From the NCBI GenBank assembly GCA_030704615.1, contig CM060731.1, positions 51,584,001 to 51,648,000 on the forward strand: a stretch of 64,000 bases of DNA, given 5' to 3'. Below the pieces are notes generated by a model. It was not told the origin of the DNA. It did not search any database and worked only from the letters and a program-made list of their open reading frames with translations. Numbering within the stretch: the stretch's first letter is position 1; each line of letters begins with the position of its first letter. Origin of the DNA: Takakia lepidozioides (lineage: Eukaryota; Plantae; Bryophyta). Positions 24,488 through 37,281 of this stretch are shown one piece after another. The translations under genes and the position numbers were made by a program.

Positions 24488-25786
24488 GTGAGGATTGTGC
24501 CTCATCCAACACAACGAGCGCGATTGGTACGCCATGCCCATGAGGAGTTGGGACATTTTGGGGTGCGACGCACTCATAGTTTGCTGCAAGGACAATACTG
24601 GTGGCGGGGCATGCACACGGATGTGCAACAGTTAGTGGCAAGGTGCATGGTGTGTGATAGAGTGCGAGCTTCTTTCAATGCACCTACTCCACAATTGCAT
24701 CCTTTACCCATTATGGGTTTGGGCTATCGTTGGAGTCTTGACTTCGCAGGCCCATTGTCACTAACGATTCGCCATAACAAGTATGTGCTGGTGATGGTGG
24801 AACATTTCTCCAAGTGGATTGAACTGGTGGCATTGCCTGACAAGGCAAGTGAGGGGGCTACGTATGCATTCTTAGATCGAGTGCTTAACCAATTTGGTGC
24901 TCCAGCCGAGGTACTCACGGACCAGGGGAGAGAGTTCTTGGGGGAGTTTCAGGCTTTGTGTGAGCAAGCCTTGATAGATCACCGCACTACTTCTCGGGAT
25001 CATCCCGAGGCTGATGGCCTGGCAGAGAGGGTTGTACAAACAGTCAAGCGAGGCTTGCGCAAGTATGGCTTGCAGAAGGGACACTTAGGAGATTGGGACC
25101 TTCAATTACCTTGGTTGGCCATGGGCTACAAATTTAACAAACAAGCATCACTTGCCTCGTTCTCGCCTTATTTCCTTCTCTGTGGCCGAGAGCTTGATTT
25201 GTCTGCATCTATTCGCAGGGAGACTGCAGTAGTTCTCAACCTTGATGATCCGGATGTGTGGACACAAGCACGTGCCCAACGGGCAGAGTTGTTCAAGAGA
25301 GTCATGCCTATGGCTTTTGAGAACCTTGCTATTGCCCAACACCGAGACACATTGAGGTACGCCACTATACGTGGAGGTGGATATCGGCTAGGTGTTCGGC
25401 GTTTCCACCCTAGGGACTATGTGTATCTGCAGCAGACAACGCCTACGACTTTGGATGTCACAGCAGGGCGTGTGATTCTAAGGGTCCAGGAGGTGTTGCC
25501 TTCAGGAGTGTTGATTCTGGAGGGTCGAGATGACATGGTATGGAAGGACCATGTGCGCCATTGTGCGCCATGTCACCTTCCACATGTGGATGGGAGGATA
25601 GATCCCAACCTTGCAGTGGTACCTGCAGGGTTGCGTTGCATGCTATGTGGGCATGCTGGTGGTGCCGCGACCATGTTGGTGTGTGACAAATGCTCAAAGG
25701 GGTGGCACATGGGATGCTTGACACCGCCACTTGAGGAGGTTCCTAGTGGAGAATGGTTGTGTCCACGATGCCTTGGACATAGGTAG
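24488..25786 (+). CDS. Integrase with C-terminal PHD finger
   Basis: HAHEELGH...CMVC zinc domain; SLDFAG/TDQG/LAER DDE; C4HC3 PHD CMLC...CDKCSKGWHMGCLTPPLEEVPSGEWLCPRC at ~25636-25770. Confidence 0.92.
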   Translation: MRIVPHPTQRARLVRHAHEELGHFGVRRTHSLLQGQYWWRGMHTDVQQLVARCMVCDRVRASFNAPTPQLHPLPIMGLGYRWSLDFAGPLSLTIRHNKYVLVMVEHFSKWIELVALPDKASEGATYAFLDRVLNQFGAPAEVLTDQGREFLGEFQALCEQALIDHRTTSRDHPEADGLAERVVQTVKRGLRKYGLQKGHLGDWDLQLPWLAMGYKFNKQASLASFSPYFLLCGRELDLSASIRRETAVVLNLDDPDVWTQARAQRAELFKRVMPMAFENLAIAQHRDTLRYATIRGGGYRLGVRRFHPRDYVYLQQTTPTTLDVTAGRVILRVQEVLPSGVLILEGRDDMVWKDHVRHCAPCHLPHVDGRIDPNLAVVPAGLRCMLCGHAGGAATMLVCDKCSKGWHMGCLTPPLEEVPSGEWLCPRCLGHR

Positions 25787-26126
25787 TGGGCATGACAATG
25801 GTGGAATTGACAAGTGATCCAAGGTCTAGCTGATGGGAGCTCAACGCCATGGATATTTAATTGAAGATCATGGATTGCAAGAAGGCGAGTAACGATGGGG
25901 CTACTTTTGCACCCGGCCTCTTGATCTATTGACTTTAGATACTGGGACATGTGCGATTGAAGACCAAGCGATGATTTTATTGAGATGGATACTTGTCAGC
26001 TATCCGGTGTTAGAGGGACCTAATCACCAGCTAGGGGGGCGATTGTGGCATAGCTTTCTAGGATTGTGTGCTTAGAATGTATGGTGGACAGCGATGTATG
26101 TTGTGGCACGATGCTTAGGTGCATGA

Positions 26127-27898
26127 CAAGTCCATTGCCGCATCCAACCGCCCTGCACGGCCAAGAAGGTCCACCATACAACCGAAATGCTCCACTGAAG
26201 GAGTTAGATGATGGTCTCGACTCATGGCATGAAAGTAATGAAGACCTTCATGTTCTAGGTCAATTTGGCTACATGCTGAGAGAAGAGATGTGAAAGTGAT
26301 GCCATTTGGCTTGAAACCTTCCTGATGCAATTGTTCAAATAGTCGCACGGCCTCCCTACCACCCCCATGCTGAGCATATGCTGCGATCATGGCATTCCAT
26401 GAGACCATATCTCGTTTAGCCATATTGTTGAACACTTGACGTGCATCCTTTACACTCCCACATCTAGCATACATGCTAATAAGTGTATTATCCAGATTTA
26501 CGTATGACGTAATTCCAGCTTTCATTATATCGGCATGGACTTCTTTGCCTTTTCTTAGGGCTCCTATGTTGGCACACACATTGAGAACACAAATGAATGT
26601 GATTCTATCGGGCACCACCCCTTCCTGTTGCATTAGCTCATAGATCTCAAAAGCCTCCCTACCACATCCATGCTGTGCATATCCTGCAATCATGGCATTC
26701 CATGAGACCACATCTCCTTCAACCATATTGTCAAACACTTGATGCGAATCCTTCATGCTCCCACATTTGGCATACATGTCCAGCAAGATATTCTCCTGAA
26801 TGATATCTCGCACAATCCCACTTTTGATGATGTCAGCATGGACCTGCTTGCCATTTTCGAGGACTCCCAGGCTGGCACATGGATTCAAAATGCAAGTGAA
26901 TGTGACCCTGTCACGCATCACCCCTTCCCATTGCATTTGCTCATACACCTCAAATGCTTCCTTGCTGCACCCATGCTGAGCATATCCTGCGATCATGGCA
27001 TTCCACGAAAACACATCTCGTTGAGCCATACTGTCAAACACCTGGCGTGCATCCTTCATGCTCCCGCATTTGGCATACATGTCAGCAAGGGCAGTCTCCA
27101 GGACGCACACGCACTGAGAAGGCAAAGGAACATCACCCTATTGGGCATTACCCCTTCCCGATGCATTTGCTCATAGATTTTAAAAGCCTCCCTACCATGT
27201 CCATGCTGAGCATATCCCGCAATCATCGCACTCCATGAAACCACATCTCGTTTTGCCATATTGTCAAAGACTAGGCACGCATCCTCCATGCTCCCACATT
27301 TGGCATACATGTCAACAAGGGTATTCTCCAAAATGATGTCTACACGAATTCCACTTTTAATGATGTCAGCATGGACTCTCTGCCTTTCTCCATTGTTCCA
27401 TGACTCGCACATGCATTCAGAATACAAGTAAATGTAACCCTGTCCGGCATCACCCCTTCCCATCACATTTGCTCATAGGTCTTGAAAGCCTCCCTGGAAC
27501 AACCATGCTTGGCATATCCTGCTATCATTATAGTCCAGGTAACCAAAGTTCGTTCAGGCATTTTGTCAAACACATCGCGTGCATCCACCACGCACTCCCG
27601 CACTTTGGATTATGTGCGCATGAACCTGCTTTCCCACTGCTAGGGCTTTCATGTTGATGCACTCCTGCAAGAGACATACGTATGTATTGGAGTCTGCCTG
27701 GATGCCTTGTTGGTTCAACGTAAGCAGCGCCTCCTTCAGCCGTCCAGCCTTACATAATGTTCGCACAGCCTCACAAGTGGAAAAAGAGTTCTTGGTGACT
27801 CTTTCAATCCGAGTGGGGATGGTGGGAATCGGACCCTCACTGTCAGTCTGATGTCCAGCAAACAGTGTATGATTCAAGCCCGCCCTCCTGCATGACAT
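26127..27898 (-). pseudogene. PLS-class PPR pseudogene, frameshifted and 3'-truncated
   Basis: Repeated MYAKCGS..DAR.VF..M..RDVVSWNAMIAGYAQHG motifs are split over several frames. The sequence ends at CMVDLLGRAGRL with no E/DYW domain. Confidence 0.9.
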
Positions 27899-30800
27899 GA
27901 CAAAGTTAAGGCTCTTCATTAGAACCTTCACACTTCAACTCACATGGTACATCTCAAAGCTCCTAGGCATTTCCAACCAAGGACAGGAGTCTTGCTACAT
28001 ATTAACAGGATTATGAAATGTCACATATACTGAGGATATATGTAATTCTACCTATTCGATTTGAAACCCTTGAATCATCATTAGAACAATACCCGTTATA
28101 TTCTTGATCTCAGCTAGCTCTGCTGTCAACCAAGGAGGTTTTGACAAACCCTCAATCCAGAGAACCTCCTTTGTGCACTTATGCCTGATGTCTGATGATC
28201 TTCGACTTTTCTGTCGAAAGTGTGAGTGGGTAACTAATTAGCCGTAATTTTCACAAGAGATTGACAGAGACCAGGCACCAACCTCCAAGGCTACAAGCCA
28301 GTATTATATAACAGTAGTCATTTTCTGGAAACAGGGAGTCACTTTTGCCGCTTTCTCAAGGGAAAAGCTAAATCGTCATTGATCGCAGCACATGGAGATA
28401 AAAATCCATTCCATGCCTGAACAGGATCGTTGCTCCACCCATGTTTCCATACTGGTCCAACAAATCTCAGCACTCACCCGCAATACTTGTGTCACAAGTC
28501 CTCCTTGACAAAATCTTTCACGTCCTAAATGAAGATAGCCTCACCTTCTCGAACCCTTTGTCCCACCACTGTGAAGGATTTGAGAAGAAATCTGGCTGCC
28601 TGCGCTCACTGCTGGTCCTGTGTGCAAGAACCGAAAGAACATGATCATTCGTCAGCCTCCAATTTACATCCCTTCCTGTTGAGGAATGCTGCCGTGGTTT
28701 TGGAAAGAATTCTCTCAGTTAGTTTGGGCTCTTTGTGTCATGCACAAAGAAACCACCAACATACCACAATAACTACAGATGCCGCAAAAGATACTAAGGA
28801 ACTTGTTATGCCCAATCCTTCACACCAGGTCGATTGACTTACTTTCCTCCATGAGCTGTGTTGGACAACACTCTGTCCTTCCACAGTAATCTGCAGGCAC
28901 ACCAGATTCTCGTCTCTTGTCTTGAAACTTGACTTGAGCACCAGAAGTCGCTTTAGCAGAGAAGTACTCTGGAATGCATCCATGATCCCATTTTATCCAT
29001 AACCTGCTAGCAACATCTGCTTCCACCCAACTTTGAATTGAAGGTACATCCTTTGAGGGCGGATGTGCTGCCAAAGCAGTTCTGCACTTATTGCTTGGCC
29101 TGCATAAAAACACCACTATAACATAGATGTTTAGCATGTCCTAATTGCATGAGCCTTACTACGGAAAGTATAGGCTCTCAATTAAACTGATCTCTCTTTC
29201 ACTCACTTCGACAAGCATTGCAACAGGCAGGCAGAGCAATCGTCACGTCTGTGTAAGATTGTAGGCCAGAGCACAAGTGCGGGGATCAACATTATCCTTT
29301 CTAGCACGATGTCTAAGTGAAAATTTCATGAACACACATTTTCATGTAACCGGGTAGCCTTTGGTTGAGCTCGAACGAACTATTACGTTTCTAGACACTG
29401 GTGGGTAGAAAACCGACAACCGCCCCCTGTCGAGTCTCCTAGTATGGGACAAGGACAAATCCCTCCAACAGAGATATAGGATGTATGTCCGTACCTTTGA
29501 TCGGTTCGTCTGGTGGCTGGGGAGGCCCGGAGAGCGGATGCCCATTTCAGCTCCACAGCCTGGCTCCTCAATCTTCTAAATCATATGAGGCCTCCCGCCC
29601 TTTCACCGTAAAAATAAGACATGACCTTGAGTATCGCCTCTATACTTATTGTTATTAAATAATCTATTTTTATTTTTATTTTTATTTATTTTTAATATTT
29701 TTTGCTATCAACATATCTCATCAATTAGGAGGAGCTGTTATGCGACGACCCTATTGTTTATAAATGTCACAATATGTGACACTAATATTAAATATGTATT
29801 AAGTGGGAAACCTTGGAGTTCTTGCGAGACCATGAGGCTTTAAGCCTTGAAAGAAGTCCTAAAGTGATGGGGATGAAAATTGACACTTAGCACCAACAAT
29901 AGATTGAGCAAAGGATCCCTACTGGGACCCTACTGGGAGCGTAATTATTTTTTGGAATTCCTTGATACTATCAAAATGATACCATAGTATTGTCATGAAT
30001 TCCAAGGATTGAAGAGTCCATAGAATAAGAGCATGATAGAATGAGTAGGTTGCATGGGAGATTCTTAAAATTCCTAGTAAAAGTCGTCAATGAGGTCCAT
30101 GCTTTTCCGGGACATGCATCAACACTCATCTCTTCAAAGCATTCGCAGCTATTATCGAGTCTGAATTCAAATACTAGAACCATATAATCGAAATTAATAC
30201 ACTAGAGCCACGCAAGCTATATAGAAGATCTCTCTCCTAGCTAGCCCAATATTTAGAGTTTGTTCTCATTTGAACTAAATCCATGTTGCTAATTCAGAAG
30301 TTGTCTTGATGGGCATTAATATCTTTAAATCTTTGATTTCATCGTGAATTCCACTACTGAGTCTTGATATATATTGTTTGGTCATGTAGGACAAAACAAT
30401 TTAATTAGTTTGCAAATGGTAATGTAGGATGTGAATATAATTGTTATCCTAGAATGCATTTTTGTAGAACAAAACAACTAGGTCTTTTATTTATAAACAC
30501 ACTAGCGCTTCATGGGTAGGTATGATGTTTGATAGTTAACATCGATGTGAGATATTATTACTTTGACATGCACCAAACTGGACTTATCATCAATTACTAC
30601 ATGGTATCTCTTTATTTGTTGTATTGTTCTCTAATATCTCTCCTATTGATAGAATGAAATCACTATTAACTTTTAGAGACCTGGAGGGCTAGGTGTTGAA
30701 ATACTTTACCTACATTTCCTCCTAATGCCTTTTCTCACAGTTACAAAATTATACTATATATTGATCTACAACATAGTGACTAATTGTTTGCAAGAAATAT

Positions 30801-31651
30801 TTTCACTAGTGATATTCTAAACAATATCCAAAACATAAATATATTTTAGTACACAATCTGATGCGAATAACATTAATACTTGTGTCTCTAAATAGTTTAA
30901 TTTACATGTGCTACTTATACAAATTTTGTGTTGCAAAATGGGTATGAAAAGAAGAACTTTATACGGTTGTGGAGAAAATATCTCCTTTTCCAAACTTGCC
31001 TTCTTACAATGCATGCATAGGTCTTGCTCATGCATAAGCCCAAACTGTCCTCAACTATAGAATACAGTAATGTGGACAAGTCAGGAGATCATCACTAGGA
31101 TCTCGACTAGATTGTTCCATGGGCAACACTGGACCCCAAGATCCAAAGGTGTGTACATTGACAGTGAATATTGCTACAGACCTTCAAACGTTTTTCAAGG
31201 AGCAATTGTCAATATTAGAAGAGGGAATGTCGAAGAAATTAGAGGTACAATGTACTAATAAATTGGAAATGTAGTTTGGTGTTGTATGCTTCATAACTAT
31301 GGAAGTCGTCAATAGCTATAAATACCTTGTCTGCATGGACCCATCAGACTCATTGTTTGTATGTAGTTTGTTTCAATTCATGTGATACTCCAACCGTATG
31401 CCCCTTACAACATCCAGTGGTGTTTGTCCCTACTCCTGCAAGAAATTTGTGATGCACGAAGCAGTGGTCTCAAGCTATGAGACCTTGAACCTTGTGGACT
31501 CACTATAAATTCATAGACTAATTAATTGACCCTTCATGAGCAACTTCTAGAGGAAAGTGGGACTGGAGGGGAGGGGAGGGGAAGGTGAAACAACAATTAG
31601 CTACCTTGGCAACAACAAAAGCATTCAAGGAAAGAGATGGTGATAAGGGTG

Positions 31652-31874
31652 TCAATGACTGTTACCAATGTTATTTGAATTCCCATTTCCATGAAGCTGG
31701 GTGGAGGCATCGCTGCCTAATGGTGAACTTTGTCCATTCACCATACCTGAGAAAGGATTACTAAGCACAGTTGCTGGGTCTGGCATTTTGTTTTCCAGCT
31801 CACCTAATTCCAGTAACAGCTCATCCAAACGTCCATTCAGGCCTGCCGACTTGTCTGCAACCTTTTCGCAGCCC
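31652..31874 (-). CDS. Putative terminal exon of an unidentified gene
   Basis: AG acceptor followed by GCEKVADKSAGLNGRLDELLLELGELENKMPD...NSH*. Upstream exons could not be resolved. Confidence 0.35.
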
Positions 31875-33288
31875 TGGAACCCACAACTTATGAGCATTTT
31901 CTAGAACCAAATGCCAATCTCAGCCTAGGAGGGATAATGAAGAATAATCAGGGTAGTAACATTCACAACACTAGTTTGCAAGGCGACGATCCAGATAAAC
32001 AACACTTGAGTCCTACTATTCTAGGCAATGTCAATGCAAATATTGGATAATCTTTTAAGTTTGACACGAAAAGTTGTGATAGAAATCCATGGCTTGTCTA
32101 TGTGGAAAATGCTTGTAGATGCATTGGAATATCTCTCTTGGCGTTTGCAACAGATGATGCTTAGGCAGCACTTGTGCCAAGAACATTGTCTTGACATTAA
32201 GAGTTCATCAGTATAAATTACCTGCTTTGGCAAAAGAGAATCCATGTGCAATCACTAGTGCATCTGATAGAGCAATCTTTCTGTGCAAGAGGCCTTCTGC
32301 AAATGTGATGATCAGTAGAGCTCTGCACCAAGTAGCCTTCAATCTAATTTGCAGTGGACTCACTTTTATTTCTTTTTTCCTCCTCTGATTTCCTAATTCT
32401 TCCGCTCCGTCTAATGATGGCTGTGGCTATTTTGTTTCACATTGTATGTCACGATATGAAGTGGATGACCCTCCCGAGAGACAAAGATAGGAGAGAAAGG
32501 AAGTTGTGGCTTGTAACCGCTCATGCCTCCTGATGACCCAAAGCGAAAGGTCCCAAGTATTATTTTCAACATCAACTATTATAAAGTCTGTAGATCAAAT
32601 GTTGCAAGACCAAAGTTCTGATTGGTCAGAAAGCTTTGTTGATATTTCAAAGGCTCTAGTCCTGATTTGACCATTGTGCACAAGGCTGTCTTTCAAGGCC
32701 AAAATCTTGCAATAGAAAGATGTTTAACCATGTTCTCTACATTTGGAGCTTTGCTACAATCCATAAAATCATAGTAATCTTTCAAGAGGATGTAACTAAC
32801 AAGTAGGTGACAAGTCTTCTAACCGCCAGCGTGTACGTTGGGCTTGCTCTATCTCTTTTGTGTTCCCAATTTGTATTAGAATCAGTTCTTGCTTCAGTGA
32901 CAAAAAAGATCCAACTGATCAGTTGAAAATAATTGCCAAGAGGCAGATATGAATGGCCACATGATAATTTGAATTTATTTCTACATCTTTTTCTACCTGG
33001 TTGTGAATGAAATAATGCAGGTCAGTGGGATAATGGCGGAATTTGGAGGTTCACCTTTCCACTAGATCTAGACCCCGCTTCATCAAGTCAGATCCTAGGA
33101 ATGACACCAAGTTCGTCGGGATGTTGAACAGTTCTCCACCTCCGCTTGAACAAGGTTTGTTGCTTAAGCTTTCCTCATATAAAATGGACTCCTTTAATGA
33201 TCTCCCCAACATGTTGATAGCTTACTTTGCATATTACATGTTTTGAGCTCTGACGATATCAAAACTATACAGTACCTCCGGGTATAGA

Positions 33289-33951
33289 ATGCAGTCATCA
33301 TCGCCCAACTACTGGACAGTTTCCAAAAGCAACGCCAATCACACTGGACACACATGCCGCGAATGTCGTGGTACCATCTTTGTCAACGAATCGATCTTTG
33401 TGCGTGATGGACGCAAAATCCGTCTCTTCTATCACGAGAAATGTTTTTCTGGGGACGCAGATCCCCGAACACAGGGGAGTAGCTCCTACAACGATAGATG
33501 GCAGCAAATCAGCAGCGAAGCTCCAATCAACAAGGGATATGGGAAGTGGTGGACAAGCGAATATGGGTATCATGGGGCGCCAACAAACATAAACCCATGT
33601 TCAGTTGGGCCGTCGCCTTCACTGAGAAAGGGGAGTGGGACTTCCAGAGAAGGTAAGCAATTAGCAGAAACACTCCCAATGGATGAGTCAAAGTTCAGGG
33701 GTCCAATAGATAGAATGGAGGGGACTTCAAGGGAGACTGTTTTTGGAAGCAGTAGATCTGTAATAGAGAAATTGAGGAAATCTGGACTTGGTAGTTGTAG
33801 TACGAGTATGAATGAATCCTCACAAAGCTTAGATGATTCTTTGAAGTCTTTAACAATAGACATTACTCCTGTCAGTCTAATTGATCGCAGGGCACCTAAA
33901 CCGGATGTTATAGGGACCATCACCATTTTCCTTGGAGATCAAGAGAAGTAG
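33289..33951 (+). CDS. Stand-alone PARP-type zinc-finger protein (220 aa, single exon)
   Basis: CRECRGTI...DGRKIRLFYHEKCF has the CxxC...HxxC zf-PARP spacing, followed by a low-complexity Ser-rich tail. Confidence 0.7.
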   Translation: MQSSSPNYWTVSKSNANHTGHTCRECRGTIFVNESIFVRDGRKIRLFYHEKCFSGDADPRTQGSSSYNDRWQQISSEAPINKGYGKWWTSEYGYHGAPTNINPCSVGPSPSLRKGSGTSREGKQLAETLPMDESKFRGPIDRMEGTSRETVFGSSRSVIEKLRKSGLGSCSTSMNESSQSLDDSLKSLTIDITPVSLIDRRAPKPDVIGTITIFLGDQEK

Positions 33952-34698
33952 CAACATATTTAGACTACACAAACTCTTACCTTTCGGATTGAATGTCTAT
34001 AGCAGTTTCAGCAATTTTATACCTAGACAGTGGGCCACTGGTGACATCTTCAGTTCAATCATCAATGAGGCTGTTGCCGTGGAAAGAAAGATGGTAATCG
34101 GTCCCATACACTGACTTCAAGTGAAGAAATGTCACTTGAGTGACAACTGCGGGATCTAATCTCACATTCATGTATGTGCCCATCTGTATTCTGCTTACAA
34201 TCCATGAGGTCGATGCATTCCATTTCTTTCCCAGTCCCTTGGGACAATGCTTGGTTCCTCCGCAGGGAGAGGGCAGGGAGACAACCACCCACATTGTAAG
34301 ACAAATCCGAGAAAACGTCTCCCAAGGATTGTTTCTTATCATTCCATGTGGATAGTCTCAATTTCCATGTGATTTGAATTATATGTTTTGTCATTGCATA
34401 ATACTAGAGGGGTAGAACATGGGTTGCTATCTCAGACATTCAACGGCGGATTTGCGTATTTCTTTTCTTCATTGGCTATCCATGGTCGAACCCCATGGTC
34501 AAGGGGTAAGCCCAATGTACAATCTCCTATGTATCCAAGTAAGTCTCCCATGTCAAGGCCCGATTTAATTTATTCCATGAATTTATTGAGTAGTAATAAA
34601 TCCAATCGTTATTGATATATCTCGTCGAGGCTCCAATCATTGTCCCGGGAAAGCCCACTTTGCTATTTTTGCAATCTCCCTTGTCAAGGCTTCATATA

Positions 34699-35246
34699 CC
34701 GTCCCTGGACAACGGATTAGACATTTTTGCGCCTAATAATAAAATCAATCAATCAGAAAATTAGGCATGTTTTGAAAACATTTTCTCAAATTAGGCATCT
34801 TCATGCTATAATTTTTTTAGAATTAGGCACATGAGAAGAGAAAACATTTATTCTCTTAAGAATAAAATTACAAAATAGACACCCAATGCCCATGGGCCTT
34901 CCAAGCTCCAATAACCTTTCATTTCCTTTGAAACCCTAAAAATGCCCCTCTTTGTTGTACGCGGTGCTCCAAGGCTCAAGTTGGTATAGGCAAGCTCTCC
35001 CTTCGCTCTCACACTTTAGGTGAGTTCAATATTGATAGTCCACACTAGTGTAGCCAAGTTGGTACAAGGCTTTGTTACATTGGTCATTGGGTAGGCACGC
35101 TGGTACATGGCTTTGGAATTTTTGGGCATTAGGCACTTTGGTCCCATAATTTCCAACAATTAGGCCAAAATCTGAAAAAATTCACAGAATTGATTAGGCA
35201 CTTTTATTTTGAATTAATTATCGCCTAATCCGTTGTCCAGGGACGG
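34699..35246. mobile_element. Tc1/mariner-type MITE
   Basis: Perfect 22-bp TIR CCGTCCCTGGACAACGGATTAG, TA target duplication and internal AATTAGGCA repeats. Confidence 0.88.
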
Positions 35247-36139
35247 TATTGATGTATCCACTTTGCTATTTTTCGTGAATTTCGAGCGACCAGGAGTACT
35301 TGAAATTCCGGTGTTCGCAGTGCGTTTAGATTTACGGCCCTCTAGGAGGTTATTTTTTCCTCAACTATATCCCCCGTTCCATCAATAAAGTTTTCTCAAG
35401 GCCTCCATCCCCTGTTCTGTAATTATAAAAGAAAATAGAAGAAGAAAAGAGGCACCGCTCTCTAACCAAGGAGAATCACTTGACAATCCTTGTCAAGTGG
35501 AAACGATCAAAAAACATGTGTCATGGTGATCCCAAGTTAATAATCAACTTGGCAGTAGTAAATCTCTTTAGGCCACCACTGAATCAACAAGGTTTTCTTC
35601 GGGCACACATGTTTTAATGGAATGGAGCCCAGAAGCATTGTGACCATATTACCTCTTGGGGTCGTGAGGCGCAATTAGCCCCAATGGACCTCCATGGAAA
35701 TGAGTTTATATTGTTTGCATTGCAATCGAAGAAAGAAAGCGTGACTCCTCCTCAAGGAAGCATAAATTATGGTGTCTCTTGATCCTGAAGGGCTACCTAC
35801 TGCCTTTCGGCTGGAAGGTGGACATTGGACACCATTGCGATACACCCACAACCACTTCCGAGGCGGTATATGCCCATTACCACTGGGCTACAAATTGGTT
35901 GTCCATTTGCGATCACAGCAGGTACAAGTACCCCATCAAAATGGTTGGAAATAATTTTCTGAGGCTTTCGAAAGAGCTGCATAACCTACCGCACTCCATT
36001 GTACGCAAGCCTGCAATGGATTATGTCCTTATCTGTGGGTCAAGAGACACCATAAATTACACTTCCTTCGGGAGGCGTCATATATATATATATATGTCCT
36101 TATGCCCGTAAGCAAGCCAATAGCTTCTCATTTAACAAT

Positions 36140-36722
36140 AATAGGGTCATGAATGCCCGCACATGTGGTTGCGGTAGGGCCCACGTGTGGCAGAGGGGTC
36201 GCGAAGGGGTGGGAGCGCCCCTACCTGGACCCCGCCAATCCCCGCCAGTCTTCTTGTTGGGTTTGCTCGGCAAGTTGGTCTGCTGGGGCCCACAATATGC
36301 ACATAAAGCATTAGTTATTGTAAGGAACTATTGAAAGTGGTAGGTGGTGTGGTGGTTAAGAGCATTGAATGATAAATGCGTGGTGGCAGTAATGTGTATC
36401 ATTAAATATATATTTTGTCGGAGGGTCCAAGCCGGTCTGCTGGAGGGGGGTCTACTTGGAGGGTCTGCTGGTCTGCTCGAAGGGGTCCGCCCAATCTGCT
36501 GGAGAGGTGCTAGTCCGCTCGTCGGTCTGGAGGGTCTGCTAGAAGGTTGGAGTCGGTCTGTTGGAGGGTCTGCCCAGTCCGTTAGAAGGTCCGCCACGGT
36601 AGATTAACAAGGACTTAGAAAAATTTCAGAATCTCGCCGACCCGGTGAATGGGCGGTGGGCTTATGAGCTCACCCCAAGGGTCGTACTGGCGGGGGCCCG
36701 CCCGTGCATTCATGACCCTATT
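36140..36722. mobile_element. Non-autonomous TIR DNA transposon
   Basis: TIR AATAGGGTCATGAATGC, possible 10-bp TSD ATTTAACAAT/ATTAAACAAT and an internal GGTCTGCTGGAGG repeat array. Confidence 0.75.
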
Positions 36723-37281
36723 ATTAAACAATGAGAGGCCAAGCCAACCCTGATATTCGACATAATAACATACACTCCGAGGAGAGAAAACTATGTTGCC
36801 GTGTTCCCTAAACCAGGTTGGTTTTTTTCAATTTTTTCATTAAAATATATTTGTACCCCATTAATTTGAAAAGGGCAAACTTGGCGACACACCTATTTTA
36901 GTGTGGCCCACACTCTTTTACCACCGAGAGTAATTGGGACCCACACTAAACTGTTGTATTAGGTGTGGAGTGTGGAGGTGTAAAAGTCAAAATACTGGCC
37001 ATTATTCCCTGTGACCTAACCCTAATGCAATCCCTCCACCAGGACCTGGATCGACGTTGAATGACCCAATTTTGTATTGCTGAATCTTCATATTCTGTCC
37101 AGTCAACACCTTGAGAGGACCCAACTCCCCAAAAATGCTGTTGGTACCCTCTATCTCCATGCACTTCCCTTCTGGCTTTCATCCCTCTTGTAAAACTGAT
37201 AATCAATCAAATAGAGATAGAGAGATAGATAACACCAACCGGAGTTAGCGTAAATAAGAGCCGCTCCTTGCGGGTATTGAT

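Larger units (their letters stand above)
18130..26126 (+). mobile_element. Decayed Ty3/Gypsy LTR retrotransposon encoding Gag-PR-DNMT-RT-RH-INT-PHD
   Basis: Collinear plus-strand domain remnants with stops and frameshifts. A PPT AGGGGGGC at ~26033-26040 is followed by TGTGGCA (truncated 3' LTR from 26044). The 5' boundary is uncertain. Confidence 0.9.

Noticed and set aside
29870-30480. Degenerate gag-like remnant on the minus strand
   Set aside because: Only a weak YISRLSSGIHDEIK resemblance amid many stops, which is not supportable.
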